Part shown: positions 38,541 to 51,179 of the stretch, in pieces
Layout of the letters: each line of letters starts with the position of its first letter
Position numbering within the stretch: position 1 is the first letter of the stretch
DNA from: Blastocladiella emersonii ATCC 22665
Lineage: Eukaryota > Fungi > Blastocladiomycota
Direction: 5' to 3'
Assembly: GCA_025594325.1 (NCBI GenBank)
Contig: JANHCV010000006.1
Location: forward strand, 744,001-808,000
Length of the DNA: 64,000 bases
Program-made: the position numbers and the translations under genes
Notes under the pieces: model-generated
Databases searched by the model: none
The model's input: only the letters and a program-made list of their open reading frames with translations
Told to the model about the DNA's origin: nothing

Positions 38541-39323
38541 ATGCCCCAGAACGAGTACATTGAGGAGGCCATCAAGCGCTACGGTCGCCGCTTCGACCAC
38601 GATGAGCGCAAGCGCAAGCGCGAGGCGCGTGCCGTGCACAAGAACTCGGCCGTGGCCCAGAAGCTGCACGGCCTCAAGGCCAAGCTGCACAACAAGAAGC
38701 GCCACACGGAGAAGATCGAGATGAAGAAGACCATCAAGGCCCACGAGGAGAAGAACGCCAAGACCACAGCCCCGCCCGAGCAGCAGGGCGGCGCCGTGCC
38801 CGCCTACCTCCTCGACCGTTCGTCGCAGAACAACGCCAAGGTCCTCTCCAACATGGTCAAGCAGAAGCGCAAGGAGAAGGCCGGCAAGTGGAACGTGCCC
38901 CTGCCCAAGGTCCGCGGCATCGCCGAGGACGAGATGTTCAAGGTGCTCAAGACGGGCAAGCGCCAGACCAAGCAGTGGAAGCGCATGGTCACCAAGATGA
39001 CCTTTGTCGGCGACGGCTTCACCCGCAAGCCGCCAAAATACGAGCGCTTCATCCGCCCCATGGCCCTGCGCACCAAGAAGGCCAACGTCACCCACCCGGA
39101 GCTCGCCGCCACCTTCCAGCTGCCCATCCTCGGCATCAAGAAGAACCCCAACTCGCCCCTCTACACCCAGCTCGGCGTCATCACCAAGGGTACCATCATC
39201 GAGGTCAACGTCTCGGAGCTCGGCCTCGTCACCACCACGGGCAAGGTCGTCTGGGGAAAGTACGCTCAGGTCACCAACAACCCCGAGAACGACGGCGTCG
39301 TCAACTGCGTCCTCCTCGTGTAA
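38541..39323 (+). CDS. NSA2: Ribosome biogenesis protein Nsa2 (60S), 260 aa, intronless
   Basis: MPQNEYIEE...; [28 protein letters not shown]; [17 protein letters not shown]; [21 protein letters not shown]. Confidence 0.98.
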   Translation: MPQNEYIEEAIKRYGRRFDHDERKRKREARAVHKNSAVAQKLHGLKAKLHNKKRHTEKIEMKKTIKAHEEKNAKTTAPPEQQGGAVPAYLLDRSSQNNAKVLSNMVKQKRKEKAGKWNVPLPKVRGIAEDEMFKVLKTGKRQTKQWKRMVTKMTFVGDGFTRKPPKYERFIRPMALRTKKANVTHPELAATFQLPILGIKKNPNSPLYTQLGVITKGTIIEVNVSELGLVTTTGKVVWGKYAQVTNNPENDGVVNCVLLV

Positions 39324-39597
39324 ACCTTCGCTGTCTCCTCCCCTTCCCTCCCTTAGCTTTTGTAAATTATACGGGCTCGTGTGCCCTTGATATTCCATAT
39401 CTCGAATCGCTCGTAGCCGTCAGAGTGAGTAAATGAACGACTTTCTCGAAGCGACTTACGCGCGGCCAAAAATTGTGATACGAGCGATCACATGATTGAT
39501 CGTCGCGTCTCGCAGGTTGTCTCGCGGGTTGCCACTCCGGTCGACCTATGCACACAAGAGCTAGAATTTATTGGATATCGACACCATAGCAGACAAC

Positions 39598-40950
39598 TTA
39601 CAGCTTGAGGAACACGCGGCGGTCGAGCACCGCGTACCGCAGCACCAACACGAGCGCGCCGCCCACGACCATGGTGAGCCCCGCGAACGCGATCGCCGGC
39701 GCAAACTGCGCGCTCGGCAGGGACCCTCGGGTACCGCTGATCAGCGCCGTGGCCACGGGTGTCCCGAGCACGTTGCCGAGCAGGTTGCTGGTTGAAATGA
39801 GGCCCATGGTCGAGGCGAGCGTCGCGACGCCAAACAGCTGCGCCACGCAGCCCGGCGTGATGCTGAGGAACCCGCCGCTCAGGAAACCGTACAGGCCCGC
39901 AAAGATGACCAGGCACGCCTGCGACGCGCCGCCGAACAGCCACAGGGTGAGAGTGAGGATGCCCGAGCCGGCAAGCGAGATTCCAAGGGAAGTGACGTTG
40001 CCCGCGCGGTCGGCAAAGTAGCCCATGGACACGCGGCCGAAGATCGAGACGGCGTTGAACACGGTCAGGAGCAGACTACCAAAGGGGGCAGAGTAGGGTG
40101 TCGCCTGAGCGACGTACGTGGGCAGCAGGAACGTCGGGACGAGGAAGCCGAACGCGAAAAGTGCGAGGCCGAGGTAGAGCAGCAGGAACCGCGGGTCGCG
40201 GAACAGCGAAAGGTCGAGCTTGGGCCGCGCGTTCGCCGTCGCCTCGCTGTGCTTCTTGGGCGCAACGCGTGGCCGCGCGAGCACCGCGCTGAGCCCGAAC
40301 AACACAATGTTGATGGCAGCGAGCACGCGGAGCGTCCACGCGAACCCGACCGACGGCATGATGGCCTGGATGATGTTGACGTAGATGAGCCCGCCGACGC
40401 TCGATCCCGCGACGGCGATTCCGACGGCCGTCGAGCGGCTCTTGACCCACCACTGCGCGACGAGAGCGAGACCCGTGTTGATGCCGAGCGAGCCCGCCGC
40501 GCCGTAGACCACGCCCTGCAAAAGAATCAGGTGCCAGATTTGAGTCGCGAAACTCGCGAAAAGCAGCGACGCGCCCGAGACCACGGCGCCGAGGATGAGC
40601 GCGTTGCGGAATCCCCACGCCTCGGCGAGGCGGCCGGTGAAGGGACCGGCGGCTGCGAGCGCAGCGGGCATCAGCGCACCGATCAGCGAGATGGACGAGA
40701 GCGAGGCCGACGGGAAGTCGACGGTCTTGTACTGCGCGGTGAAGAGGCCGAAGCTGTTGAGGTTTGAGAACACGGCGAAGTAGGTCAGGAAGCTGACGGC
40801 GACCTGGGACCACGCGGTGAAGCCGCCGTCGAGCTTGTCGGTCATGGCGAGCTCGACGTCGTCGTCGTAACGTTTGCCGGATTCGAGTGCGGTCGTCGCG
40901 TCATAGTCGATGACCGAGTCGGGGCTCTTGAGCTGGTCATTGAATGTCAT
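39598..40950 (-). CDS. MFS transporter, monocarboxylate porter (Mch-like)
   Basis: DGGFTAWSQV; ~12 hydrophobic segments; QWWVKSRSTAVGIAVAGSSVGG; GRVSMGYFADRAG. Confidence 0.92.
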   Translation of the reverse strand: MTFNDQLKSPDSVIDYDATTALESGKRYDDDVELAMTDKLDGGFTAWSQVAVSFLTYFAVFSNLNSFGLFTAQYKTVDFPSASLSSISLIGALMPAALAAAGPFTGRLAEAWGFRNALILGAVVSGASLLFASFATQIWHLILLQGVVYGAAGSLGINTGLALVAQWWVKSRSTAVGIAVAGSSVGGLIYVNIIQAIMPSVGFAWTLRVLAAINIVLFGLSAVLARPRVAPKKHSEATANARPKLDLSLFRDPRFLLLYLGLALFAFGFLVPTFLLPTYVAQATPYSAPFGSLLLTVFNAVSIFGRVSMGYFADRAGNVTSLGISLAGSGILTLTLWLFGGASQACLVIFAGLYGFLSGGFLSITPGCVAQLFGVATLASTMGLISTSNLLGNVLGTPVATALISGTRGSLPSAQFAPAIAFAGLTMVVGGALVLVLRYAVLDRRVFLKL

Positions 40951-41745
40951 TGCCGGATCCGTTGCGTTGTTGCGTTTGAAGGAGAGAGTAAGGTGCACGG
41001 CGGCTCGCCCGTTTATCACCGCTCCAGCGCGCCGACCCATCGTTCGCACAAGGGACCAACGTCAAGCACGGCAGTGCGGATCTCAGTTGATTGTGAACAT
41101 CAGGATAATCGGGTACGCGGGGAGAAGAGGACGCGGAACTCCATGCCTCCAGTGCAACCGTCTCGTTGCTCGTCAAGTTTCAGCCGCGGGAAGCCACCGT
41201 TGTCGTGGCGATCCCGTCGGCTTCTCGCACGCAACAACTTCGCTGCGAATCGCAACACGGAGGTGCGATGGCGAGTGAGCGCAGTTCCGCGTTGCCCGCG
41301 GGTACGCGGTCAATTCTGAGACGCGGAGCCACGTGCAGGGTGGCGCAGCCGCGCGAGACGGCCGTGCGAGACGCGCCGGATTGCCGCGCCACTACGACAT
41401 CACACGTCTCACGAAAGCTTGCAGCCGAATATGCGAGCATTTTGTGCGCAGAACAACGCGTGGGAGAGATGCTGTCCCACGCGGGCCAAACGAGCAAGGC
41501 GGTGCGCGTGTCGCGCCGTGTCCCCCGTTCCGCAGCCGAGTGAAGCGGACCGCAGCGGCGATGCAGCGGCCCGCTGCCGAATCCACTGGGCGACAGCGGT
41601 ACGGGCGGAAGCGGCGCACCGCGCGCCGGTGCGGTCCGTCGCGCGAGCAGCAGCGGGGGAGCGGCGTGCGGTCAAGGCCCGGGTGATCCGAAACGCGCTA
41701 ATTTTGGCGACGCGTCGCTCACGTCGCCGTGCCGTTCGCCGCCGG

Positions 41746-41752
41746 TATAAAG
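41746..41752 (+). promoter_or_regulatory. TATA box (TATAAAG) of the QS-repeat gene
   Basis: Isolated TATAAA in GC-rich context ~118 bp upstream of ATG 41864, followed by a CA-rich leader. Confidence 0.55.
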
Positions 41753-41863
41753 ACTCGCACGCCCCCGCCGTCCTCTCAAGTTTGCTCGACACCAGCAATC
41801 GCAACGAAGCACATCGCATCGCACACCTGCTCAACCACCACCAACCAACCAACCACCTTCAAG

Positions 41864-42637
41864 ATGACCCACTGCGCCCCGATCCACGTCCCCGCCGTCC
41901 AGACCCAGTCGCAGTCGCAGTCGCAGGCCCAGTGGGGCGGCAACGGCGCCCAGTCGCAGTCGCAGTCGCAGTCGCAGTCGCAGTGGGGCAACCACGGCGA
42001 TGCCGCGCAGCAGCAGTCGCAGTCGCAGTTCCAGGGCAACTGGGGCAACCACCACTCGGTTGACCAGGCCCAGTCGCAGTCGCAGACCCAGTGGGGCCAC
42101 GGCAATGGCGCGCAGCAGCAGTCCCAGTCGCAGTCGCAGTGGAGCAACGGCCACGGTGACGCCGCCCAGTCGCAGTCGCAGTCGCAGTTCCAGGGCAACT
42201 GGGGCAACCACGGCGACGCCGCGCAGCAGCAGTCGCAGTCGCAGTTCCAGGGCAACTGGGGCAACCACCACTCGGTTGACCAGGCTCAGTCGCAGTCGCA
42301 GGCCCAGTGGGGCGGCCACGGCGCTCAGTCCCAGTCGCAGTCCCAGTCGCAGTCGCAGTGGGGCCACGGCCACGGTGACGCCGCGCAGCAGCAGTCGCAG
42401 TCGCAGGGCCAGTGGTCCAACGGCCACGGCGACGCCTTCCAGTCGCAGTCGCAGTCGCAGTCGCAGTTCCAGGGCCACCACTCGGCCGACGGCTTTGTCG
42501 GCGGCAACCCGGCCACCTGGGGTCCCTCGGGCGACTGCGGCAACGGCGGCGACTTCCACATTCTCCCGATCAACAACCACGGCGACTGCGGCAGCGACGT
42601 CGTGACCATCCTGCCCATCAACCACGGCTGCTGCTAA
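41864..42637 (+). CDS. Low-complexity (QS)n/W/G/H/N repeat protein, ~257 aa, no signal peptide
   Basis: CA-rich leader, AAGATG start and TATA box; strongly biased CAG/TCG codons; repeats such as QSQSQSQWGNHGDAA and QSQSQFQGNWGNHH; C-terminus ILPINNHGDC...ILPINHGCC*. Confidence 0.85.
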   Translation: MTHCAPIHVPAVQTQSQSQSQAQWGGNGAQSQSQSQSQSQWGNHGDAAQQQSQSQFQGNWGNHHSVDQAQSQSQTQWGHGNGAQQQSQSQSQWSNGHGDAAQSQSQSQFQGNWGNHGDAAQQQSQSQFQGNWGNHHSVDQAQSQSQAQWGGHGAQSQSQSQSQSQWGHGHGDAAQQQSQSQGQWSNGHGDAFQSQSQSQSQFQGHHSADGFVGGNPATWGPSGDCGNGGDFHILPINNHGDCGSDVVTILPINHGCC

Positions 42638-43383
42638 GCGAGCGGACGCCTACACTAGATGTTTGTCAATATCCCCTACTCCATCATCCTTATGTAAATG
42701 TTTTCTTGCTCAAACAACCTTGCTTCTCGTGCAATCGGCACTTGCTCGTACATGGAGAGGAGTAGCCGCGAGTGAACGAGCTGGACAGGATCGAGCCTGG
42801 ACCATTGTTTCATTGCCTCCGCTTCTCGCTTCCTTGTCGTTTGTTAATCGATCGATGCCTCTGATGCTTGAAATTGAACATGAATCGATGGGCGTGCCGC
42901 TTCTTCCTGAGAGTGCGACAGATTCGCAGCGCCAAGAACCAAGCTGTGGCGCTACGCGGTCAGCTGAGCTTCGACGACCGCGATGCGCCACGACTCTGCG
43001 TCGAACGCTCATGAGGTGTTGAGCTTGTCAAATAGACGCGCAAGCACTGTTTTTCCAGCTTGCGCGTCGCGAGAGCAGCGTACGACTTGCTCGCTCCAGA
43101 TCGTCGTGTGGCAGGTCGCCGTGTGGCAGGGAGAGCTGTGCTGCTTCACGAGTTTGTTTGTTTGCGGGGCTTTCAGGTACCGACGTTAACCCAAACTACG
43201 TCGGAACACGGATTCGCGCGGGCAGCGACACGTCGTACAGCGCCGCATGATCCTCGGCGTGATGTGGCGCCGCACACTCGAACGATGATCACCAACGCGA
43301 CCGTCGCTGGCCGTCTTCAACATCCTTGCCCTCACTAAACAGCCGCTTGGATCACGTCACTCGCCATGTAGCTTGCTGCTCAC

Positions 43384-44241
43384 TTGCTGAACTATGTCGC
43401 TGCACCTGATACGATCAGTCGCCCAGCAGCCGATGCCCAACCGCATGCAGCGCTGCTCTTCACGGCTCCGAGCTCGAGACCTGCAAGACTCCCTGGTCTA
43501 TGTCGGCGGCTGGCAAGAACGCAAGTGTGGGCTATTGGTGCACCCGTAGATTTGCGGATGCTCGCTGCACGGACCCACATTAGTGCTCGTCGCTTGCGAG
43601 TATTGGTTGGCAAAGGGCACTGCCTCCGGTGGGGGTACCACTATGGCGGGGTCACATTCGACAGTGTCGCCCCAGACTTTAGCCCAGGAGAATTAATGCA
43701 ACAAATCACCCAGAAAATCAACTCGCTGCATCTTCGCGCAAAGTGATATCAAGGCGATCAAGTAGGTCTTCGATGATGTTCGAGTTGCTTCACCCGCGGT
43801 TGCACCAGTCAACAGCGGGTGGAATACCTGTCCTAAGCTACAGTCTTTCGACCCGGTCCCGCACGCCAACTCGTCGTTACACGCAATTTCTCGACCGTTC
43901 CGCATCGCGCTGTTTGGGCCGCACCCGCGCGAGCGCCGTGAAAAGGCCGCGCCGCCCGCGCGGGTGTGGCCCTCAAGTACCTTACACGTCGCAGCGCAGT
44001 GCGAAGCGGTTGATCGAGGATTAAGTTCGAAACGCAGGCCCGGATCAAGGTCGCGCGACGTGTCGAACGCTGGTCGTTGCAAGAGGGCTGTCTGGAATAC
44101 ATGAAGCGTTGTAATCCCAGATGTGGTTTGAAGCGAAGCAGTGGAGAGCTTGAGTCGCGATTGACAACGCTGCGCACCGTCCAGGATCTGCTCGCGCATC
44201 GCGTGAGACGCAGGAGTGGACGAGGTGTTGGCCGATTGTGA
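43384..44241 (+). pseudogene. Possible degenerate coding remnant, paralogous to 45089-45373
   Basis: In one frame VPHRAVWAAPARAP*KGRAARAGVAL aligns to VPHRAARATSARAPWKARVARAGVAL (TGA opposite TGG). Five in-frame stops, so the evidence is weak. Confidence 0.3.
43916..43972. repeat. 57-nt hairpin-forming element within a ~100-bp diverged direct repeat (second copy 45123-45179)
   Basis: GGGCCGCACCCGCGCGAGCG...CGCCCGCGCGGGTGTGGCCC and GGGCCACGTCCGCGCGGGCG...CGCCCGCGCGGGTGTGGCCC; flanks also similar (CATCGCGCTG upstream, TCAA(G)TAC downstream). Confidence 0.8.
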
Positions 44242-45521
44242 TCGCAGCTCCGTCATGGCCGCCGGCTTACGATTCGCCGGACATGTGTCGCATTCTTGTG
44301 CAGCCAACGCGCTACAACTCATGCTATAGGCCGAATTGGCTATCGTGGGTCTCGCTGGTTGACTGTCACTGCAGTCCGTGACGTGCTCGCGGCGAGGTGA
44401 CAGCGCGAGCAACGCGTTTCTCATCTCGGCGTGCCGACCAGCGGCGTGGCCAGCCGCTTGTCGCAGAGCAGTCTCGCCCTCGCCCTCGCTCCCGCATCCT
44501 CGCATATCCTACACTTCCATGAAGCGACACTTGATGCAACCTAGCGATTAGGCTCAGAAGAAGACTACCTTGCGACGCAAACCGGGCTGCGAGCGAAACG
44601 GTGCTGTTGGAACGCATCACGCGGCAAACCTGAGCTTATGCTCGCGCTTGTGCGAGCCTGTGCAACCGTGCATCGCTTATGGCGAGAACGCCTCGTCCCC
44701 CGGCGCCGAGCGGCGCTGAGTTCGTCAAGGCGGCGGTTACCGCACCACGGGTTTGTCGTTATTGTCGCACTCCGTGAGTGTAGTTGAACATTTGCGGACC
44801 AGTCACCCTAACCCACGCGCTCAATTTATCACTCGGCGAGCTAGAGAAAGTTCTTTCGGACAATTATTCAGACTTGAACGCCGGCCAACTACTCACCATT
44901 CGGGTCTGGTCCAAGCGTGTGGCCTCTCGGGTTGCCTGGCGCTATGATCGGGAACTGCTTTAAATATCGATCGGGCATGGCTAGTCGAAAGCTGGCTGCG
45001 AATTCACTTGGAATCACTCGCTTTTCCGCGACAAGTCTCACGCGCTGCGCCATAGGCCGTTGCTCATGTCCACCACGATCGGTGTTGTTTGAAACTCGCC
45101 GCTGTCCCTCATCGCGCTGCAAGGGCCACGTCCGCGCGGGCGCCGTGGAAAGCGCGCGTCGCCCGCGCGGGTGTGGCCCTCAATACTTCTACGTTTGCGG
45201 CGCGGAGCGGCATAGCCGCACGGGACTCGAGGGCGTGCGTCGCTGGCCATGGCCGCGGCGGCAGCAAGCGAGCGAGTGCTGATCGCTTGCCGCGAATCTG
45301 GCCACCGCGTATGAATACATTGCCCATTTTCGTCCTCAATCCCACAGCAAGTAACTTCCAACCGTGGTCGTAGCTTACACGACCGCGACCATCATCGCGA
45401 TCGCATGCTCCTCGCGAAGTCGCGCGCGGCGGCCACGGATCGTTCACCGAATCACGCGCGCGAACGAACGATCCAGTTGAGCAAAAACTAGTAGCTATAC
45501 ATAACAAAACTCTCCCTGATC

Positions 45522-48500
45522 TTACATCAAAGTCTCTGCCGACGCGTGCGCCGCCGGCCCACCCTGCTCCTGCTGCTGACCTTGACCTTGGACTCCTCCC
45601 GCACCGCCCGCAGCCGACAGCCCGAACGCGGGCAATCCGAGCATCGCGTCGAGCCCCGCGAACGGCCGCTGCTGCGCGTCCTGCTGCTGCTGGAAGTACG
45701 CCGCGTTCGGCGGCGCGACCATGACCGCGGCCGCCGCGGCGCCCGTGACGGCGGGGTGCAGGAGATTCGCCCACCCACCGCCGGCGCCCATGGCGAGGAG
45801 CAGCTCGGACGGCGGCTGGTGGAACGCGGGCGCCACGGTGATGGGCGGGAGGTACGTGCCGCCCGCGGCGACGGGGTTGTGGAACCCGTTGGTCGAAGTG
45901 GCGAGGTACCCGCCGCCGCCGCCGTTGCCGCCGCTACCGTTCGCGTCGTTATATCCGCCGGCCGCCGCAACGTTCGCGAGCTGCGCGCCGACGGCGCCGA
46001 GCATCGACGACGACGACGACGGGTTGTGCGTCCCGTTGCCCATGAACATGCCGCCGGGCCCGCCTACGCCCATGCCGATGCCCATGCCCATCATCATCTG
46101 GCCCGCGGGCACCTGCATCTGCGCGTCGGACGGCGCGAGCCCGTGCTCGACGAGGTTCGCCATCTCGCGCGTCAGGAACTCGGACGGGAACTGCGGCAGC
46201 GACATGGGCTGGGTCAGGGCGTCGGTGAAGGACGCGTGTGCGTGCGATGGCGCGGTGAGCGGGGTCGTGGTGGTGTAGGCCGAAGGCGGCGACGAGCCGA
46301 GGCTGAGCGGCGGCGTCGTGGTTGTTGTGGTGGGCGCCGAACCGAACGGCGGGATCGTGTGGTTGCTGATGGCGGGGCCCGCGGGGAACCCGTTGGCGAG
46401 GAACTGGTTGTTCGGCTGCTGCACGGGCTGGATGAGGATCGGGTTCGCCGAGGATGCGGCGGCGGCCGCGGCGGCGGCAAGCGCGAGCGGCGCGGTCCCG
46501 TCGAGCGCGGTGGCGGCTGCGCCGCGAGGCAGGAGCTCGCGGGCCATTTCGGCGGCGAGGGCGGCCATGGAGACCTCGGCCTCGGCCTTTTCGCGGTACA
46601 TGTCCGTTGTCGACGCGACCATGCACTGCTCAGCGACGACGAGGAGCTCGGTGAGGCGGAACATTTCGCGCTCGAGGTCCGAGATATCGGGTTCGGGCGA
46701 TCCGTCGACGAGGCAGATGAACTCGGCGCACAAAATACGCAAGACGGCCACGTACTCGGCGCAGTACTGCGAGATGGACTCGAGGACGCGCGAGCACAAG
46801 TGCAGCACCTCGAGCACCTTGTGCCTGCGGTCGGCGGTGCGCGACTCCTCGAGGATCGCCAGGCACCCCGCGAACACGTACACGATGAACTGCGACGCGT
46901 CGAACGGGTACAAGCCCGCGTTCTCCTTGTGCCGCAGGTGGATGGTCGGGATCGCCGTGATGCACTGCTCGACGATCGCCAGGTACCGCTCCTGCAGGGG
47001 CCCGTCGTTGCGCAGCCGCCGTGACGACAGGAACGGGCGGTACAGGGCGAGGACCGTCGAGTAGTACATGATGTTGAGGTACGCGACCTGCAGCGACGGC
47101 AGCGGCGCGGTCGGCGAAAAGTCGTAGGCGAGTTTTGGCGGCAGCGAGGTCTGGAACTGCTGCAGCATGCCATGCAGCTCGGGGAGCGTGTGCTGCAGCT
47201 GTACGGTCGGAACGTGTCAGCACGAGCGAGGAGGAGCGATCCAACGAAAGAAAAACGTACGTTCTTGCGCAGGTGGTAGTTGTTGACGGTGCGCACGACT
47301 TTGCCCATGATATCCGAGACCTTGACGAACCAGACAAAGTACGAGTCCTCGGGCTCGAGCTCGTTGTCGGGGAACCGGGCGCGGTTCTCGGGGGTGTCGA
47401 GGAACAGGTCAAAGTTGAGGGTGCAGTCGTCGCCGTTGAGGATCGAGGGGCGGCCGTACGCCATGGACACGGACTGCTCGAGGGCGTAGGTGGCGGCCCA
47501 CACGCGCGAGTACGTGACGACGTGTTCGGGGACGGGCAGGACGTAGCCGGACGCGCCTTTCGAGTAGAGCGTCATCACGTTGTGGAGGCCCAGTTCGGTC
47601 GCCAACCGCATCGCCATGCCCGAGAGCAGCCACGGGTTGCCCGAGACGCACGGCATGTCGGCGATCTCGAGGAACAGGCACGCCTGGACGCTCTCGATAC
47701 ACGTCAAAAACGACTCGTAGACGCCCGTGAGCTGCTGTTTCGCGCGGTGCGCGAAGGCGCGGCTCGCGGGGAACAGCGGGCCGCCGGGCGACGCGCCCGA
47801 GTGCTTCTCGGTGAGGCGGTAGTTGCGCTCGAACATGGCGGCGGCGTAGTAGAAGAAGCTGTTGAGCAGCAAAAAGTTGGGCACGGGCACGGTGACGCCG
47901 TCGTCGCCGACGAGCGGCTTGTAGAGGGTCGCGGCGCCCGACGTCGCGTTGCGCTGGAGGTGCGCGTCGAGCCGGTCCATCTGCTCGATTAGCTGGGCGC
48001 GCGGCAGCATGGGCAGCCACGCGTGCAGGGTGTCGTAGTAGAAGCCGACGAGCATGTCGAGCAGGGCGCGGTTGGTCGGCCACATGAAGAGCAGGCGGTC
48101 GAGGTTGCGCGGGACCGCGAGCCGGTCGATGATGCGGTACAGCTTGTTGATGTACCCGCCGTCGGCGCCGCCCATGGCGCGCGAGCTGATCTTGTGGAAC
48201 AGGTGCACGCCCGACGTCTCACCCATGGTATACACGCCGCAGGTCCGGCCCTGGTCGTCGAGCGCCACGTGGATGGCCAGGTTCTCGGCGAGCTCGTCGA
48301 CCTCGTCGCGCGACAGCGTGCGCGTCGGCGTCATGGACGCGGCGGGGGCGAGCCCACTGCGCGGGTTGAACCCCGGGTACGCGGTGCCTGCGGTGGCGTC
48401 GGCAGCACCCGGGAGGGAGGGTGCGGGCGACGCCGAGGAGCCGGGCGTAGACCGCGTCGAGGCGGTGTCACCGTTGGCCGTGAGCAGCGATGCGGGGTTT

Positions 48501-48841
48501 TTCGGCGCGCGCTTGCTACCGAGCTTGGGCCCGCGCTTCTTGGCGCCGGTGAAGTAGCAGTCGCCGGGGGCGGCGGCGCACTGGTCGCACGGCGAGGTGC
48601 CGCCGCACTTGATCTTCTTCTTGCGGCACGGCTCGCACGCCTGCGTGATGCGCGACCGCGGGCGCTTCGCGGCTTCGTCGGTGGCGGCCGCGGCCGTGGC
48701 GCGTTTCCCGCGCGACGCGGCGTCCGAGTCGCCGGCACCGGTCATCATCGGGTCCATGGCGTTGGCGTGGTGTGGTTGAGGGCTGGGCGTGGTCGAGCGG
48801 CGGGCCGTGGCGTTCCCAGCGAGGCCTCGCAGCGGGTCCAT
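45522..48841 (-). CDS. Zn(II)2Cys6 fungal transcription factor with middle homology region
   Basis: ACEPCRKKKIKCGGTSPCDQCAAAPGDC; MHR motifs SGMAMRLATELGLH and RVWAATYALEQSVSMAYGRP; intron 47199-47260. Start codon uncertain. Confidence 0.92.
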
Positions 48842-49264
48842 TCACGGGCGGGCGAGCGGTCGGGGTGGGAGGGCAACGGTGCGCAATGTATTCCGGTCGG
48901 GCGGGCAGGCAGTGCCTAGTGTTCCATGAGCTGCGTGGGGGTGATTAATTGTCCGGGCAGGGGGGAGGGGAGAGGAAGAGAAGCGGGCGCCCACGCTGGC
49001 AGCCAGGGGACGGCCCCAGATGGCGCAACGGAGGGCCGCTGCTGCTGCCGCTGCTGCCTGGGCTTCTTCCGCGGCTGAGTCACAAGCCACCGGCACCACC
49101 GATCAGCAAACACGCGCGCCAAAACCGCGGGTTTCCGCGCCACGTGCTTCCAGCTGACAAGGTTTTGCGCGGCAGCGCCACAGTGAGGCGCCACACGGCC
49201 GGAGACAAGGTTCCCTCTCCCCGCTCTCCTCCCTCTCCCCTCCGCTCAACAGCAACGGATCAAC

Positions 49265-51055
49265 ATGGCATCAACACCCCCAGCGAACCCGCCATCCGCC
49301 CCGCTCACGCCGCCGGCGCTCCGCCCGCCCGCGTACTCGACGCCGCCGACGCGGTTTGGCCGGTTCCTGACGTGGTGTCTGCCGCTGCTGCTCGCGACGG
49401 CCGGGTGGTGGGCCGTGAGCGACCGCGTCCCGCAACCGTACATGGACGAGCCGTTCCACGTGCCGCAGGCCCAGGCGTACTGCGCCGGCGACTGGGACGC
49501 CTGGGACCCGAAGCTGACCACGCCGCCCGGCCTGTACGCCGTGGCCGTGGTCCTGCTGCGCGCTGCGGCGGCTGCGAGCGACGTGCTGCCGCCTGCTGTC
49601 ACGGGGGCGGTCGGCGAGGTGTGGCGCGCCGCGTTCCCGACGGGCGCCGCGGCCGCCTCGACGCACCCCGCCGTCGGCGAGATCGTGGTCCCGCCGCTCT
49701 TCTGCTCGGTCGCGGCGCTGCGCCTGACGTCGCTCGTCCTCTCGTTCCTGCTGCTGGCGCTGATCGCGGCGACGGTGCGCGACGTGGCGCGCGAGCAGGC
49801 CGTGGACGATGCGCTGGCGCGGATCGCGAAGTCCGACCCCGCGACGCGCAAGCGCATGACGCCCGACGCGCTCAAGTACGCCATGGCGACGGCGCCGCCG
49901 CGCGACCGGTCCGCGGGCGTGCTCGCGTGGAACGCGCTCAACGCGTGGCTGAACCCAATAGCCGTGACGTTCTACTGGTTGTTCTACACGGAGACGGCGA
50001 GTGGGGTTGCGGTCCTCGGGACGTACCTCCTCGCGCGGCGCCGGTGGTACTGGCTCAGCGGCATCGTACGTTTTCGCGCACGTCGCAATGCTCTTCCTCG
50101 CTAACCTCCCCCCTTCAACCGCTAGCTCGGCCTCTTCTCGATCCTGGTGCGCCAGACCAACGCCGTGTGGCTATGCTTTGCAGCAGGCACCACGCTCGTC
50201 GCGCGCATCCGCCACGCCGAGGCGCGCCGCGTCCTGCTCACCTCTTCCCCTCTCCCGGCCTGGACCCTCGGCACTTGCCCCGAGTACACGTTCGCGAGCT
50301 GGGTCGCCGACCACGCCGCCATGGCCCACGCGACGCTGCACCGGTACCGCGCCAAGACCGTCCGGGTGCTCGCTCCCGCAACTCTCGCGCTCGCGGGCGC
50401 CGTGGCCCTGGCGCGCGCCAACGGCGGGCTCCTCGCCGGCGATAAAGACAACCACGTCGTGTCGCTGCACCTGCCGCAGGTCATGTACTGCACTCTGGTC
50501 GTCGCGGCGCTCGTCGCGCCCATCATCGTGACGCTGGCCGACCTGTCGGCGTACGTGGTGTTCACGCTGCGCAAGCTGCGCTCGCCGCGCGGGTTCGCCG
50601 TCATGACCCTCGTGTTTGGGGGAATGCTCGCGGCGGTGCACTGGACCACGCTCGAGCACCCGTTCCTGCTCGCGGATAACCGGCACCTGACGTTCTACGT
50701 GTGGAAGGCCGTGTTCCGCACCTCGCCAGCGTACCGGTACCTCGCGATCCCGGGCTACTTCATGTCCGGGTGGTTCCTGTACCGCAAGCTCGGCGAGCAC
50801 CAGGGGTCGCTGTTCATCTCCGTGTACGCGTTGGCCGTCGCGCTGATGCTGGTGCCCGCGCCGCTCATCGAGATGCGGTACTTTATCCTCCCCGCGCTCG
50901 CGTACCGCGTGCACGTCGTCGAGCACAGGAAGTGGAAGCTCGCCCTCGAGACGGCCGTGTTGGTGGGAGTGAACGCCGCCGTCACGTACGTGTTCCTGAC
51001 GCGCACGTTTGCGTGGCCTGGGCACCCGGGCGAGGTGATGCGGTTCACGTGGTAA
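49265..51055 (+). CDS. ALG10: Dol-P-Glc alpha-1,2-glucosyltransferase Alg10/Die2
   Basis: PYMDEPFHVPQAQAYC, WDPKLTTPPGLY, RQTNAVW, HPFLLADNRHLTFYVW, IEMRYF, RFTW*; one intron near 50067-50124. Confidence 0.95.
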
Positions 51056-51179
51056 CGAATATAGTCAAACTCGGTGTATTTAGCGATCCATCGGTTGCGC
51101 GAGACGTGGTTGGTTGTACAGGAGGGTGGGGGTGTTGCGGGGGGTACATGGCTTGGGTTGCAGAGGTCTTGGTGAAAGG

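Noticed and set aside
41900-42480. Repeat array resembling CRISPR or satellite DNA
   Set aside because: The repeats are codon-phased (CAGTCG)n within an ORF, with no constant repeat/unique spacer structure; eukaryotic context.
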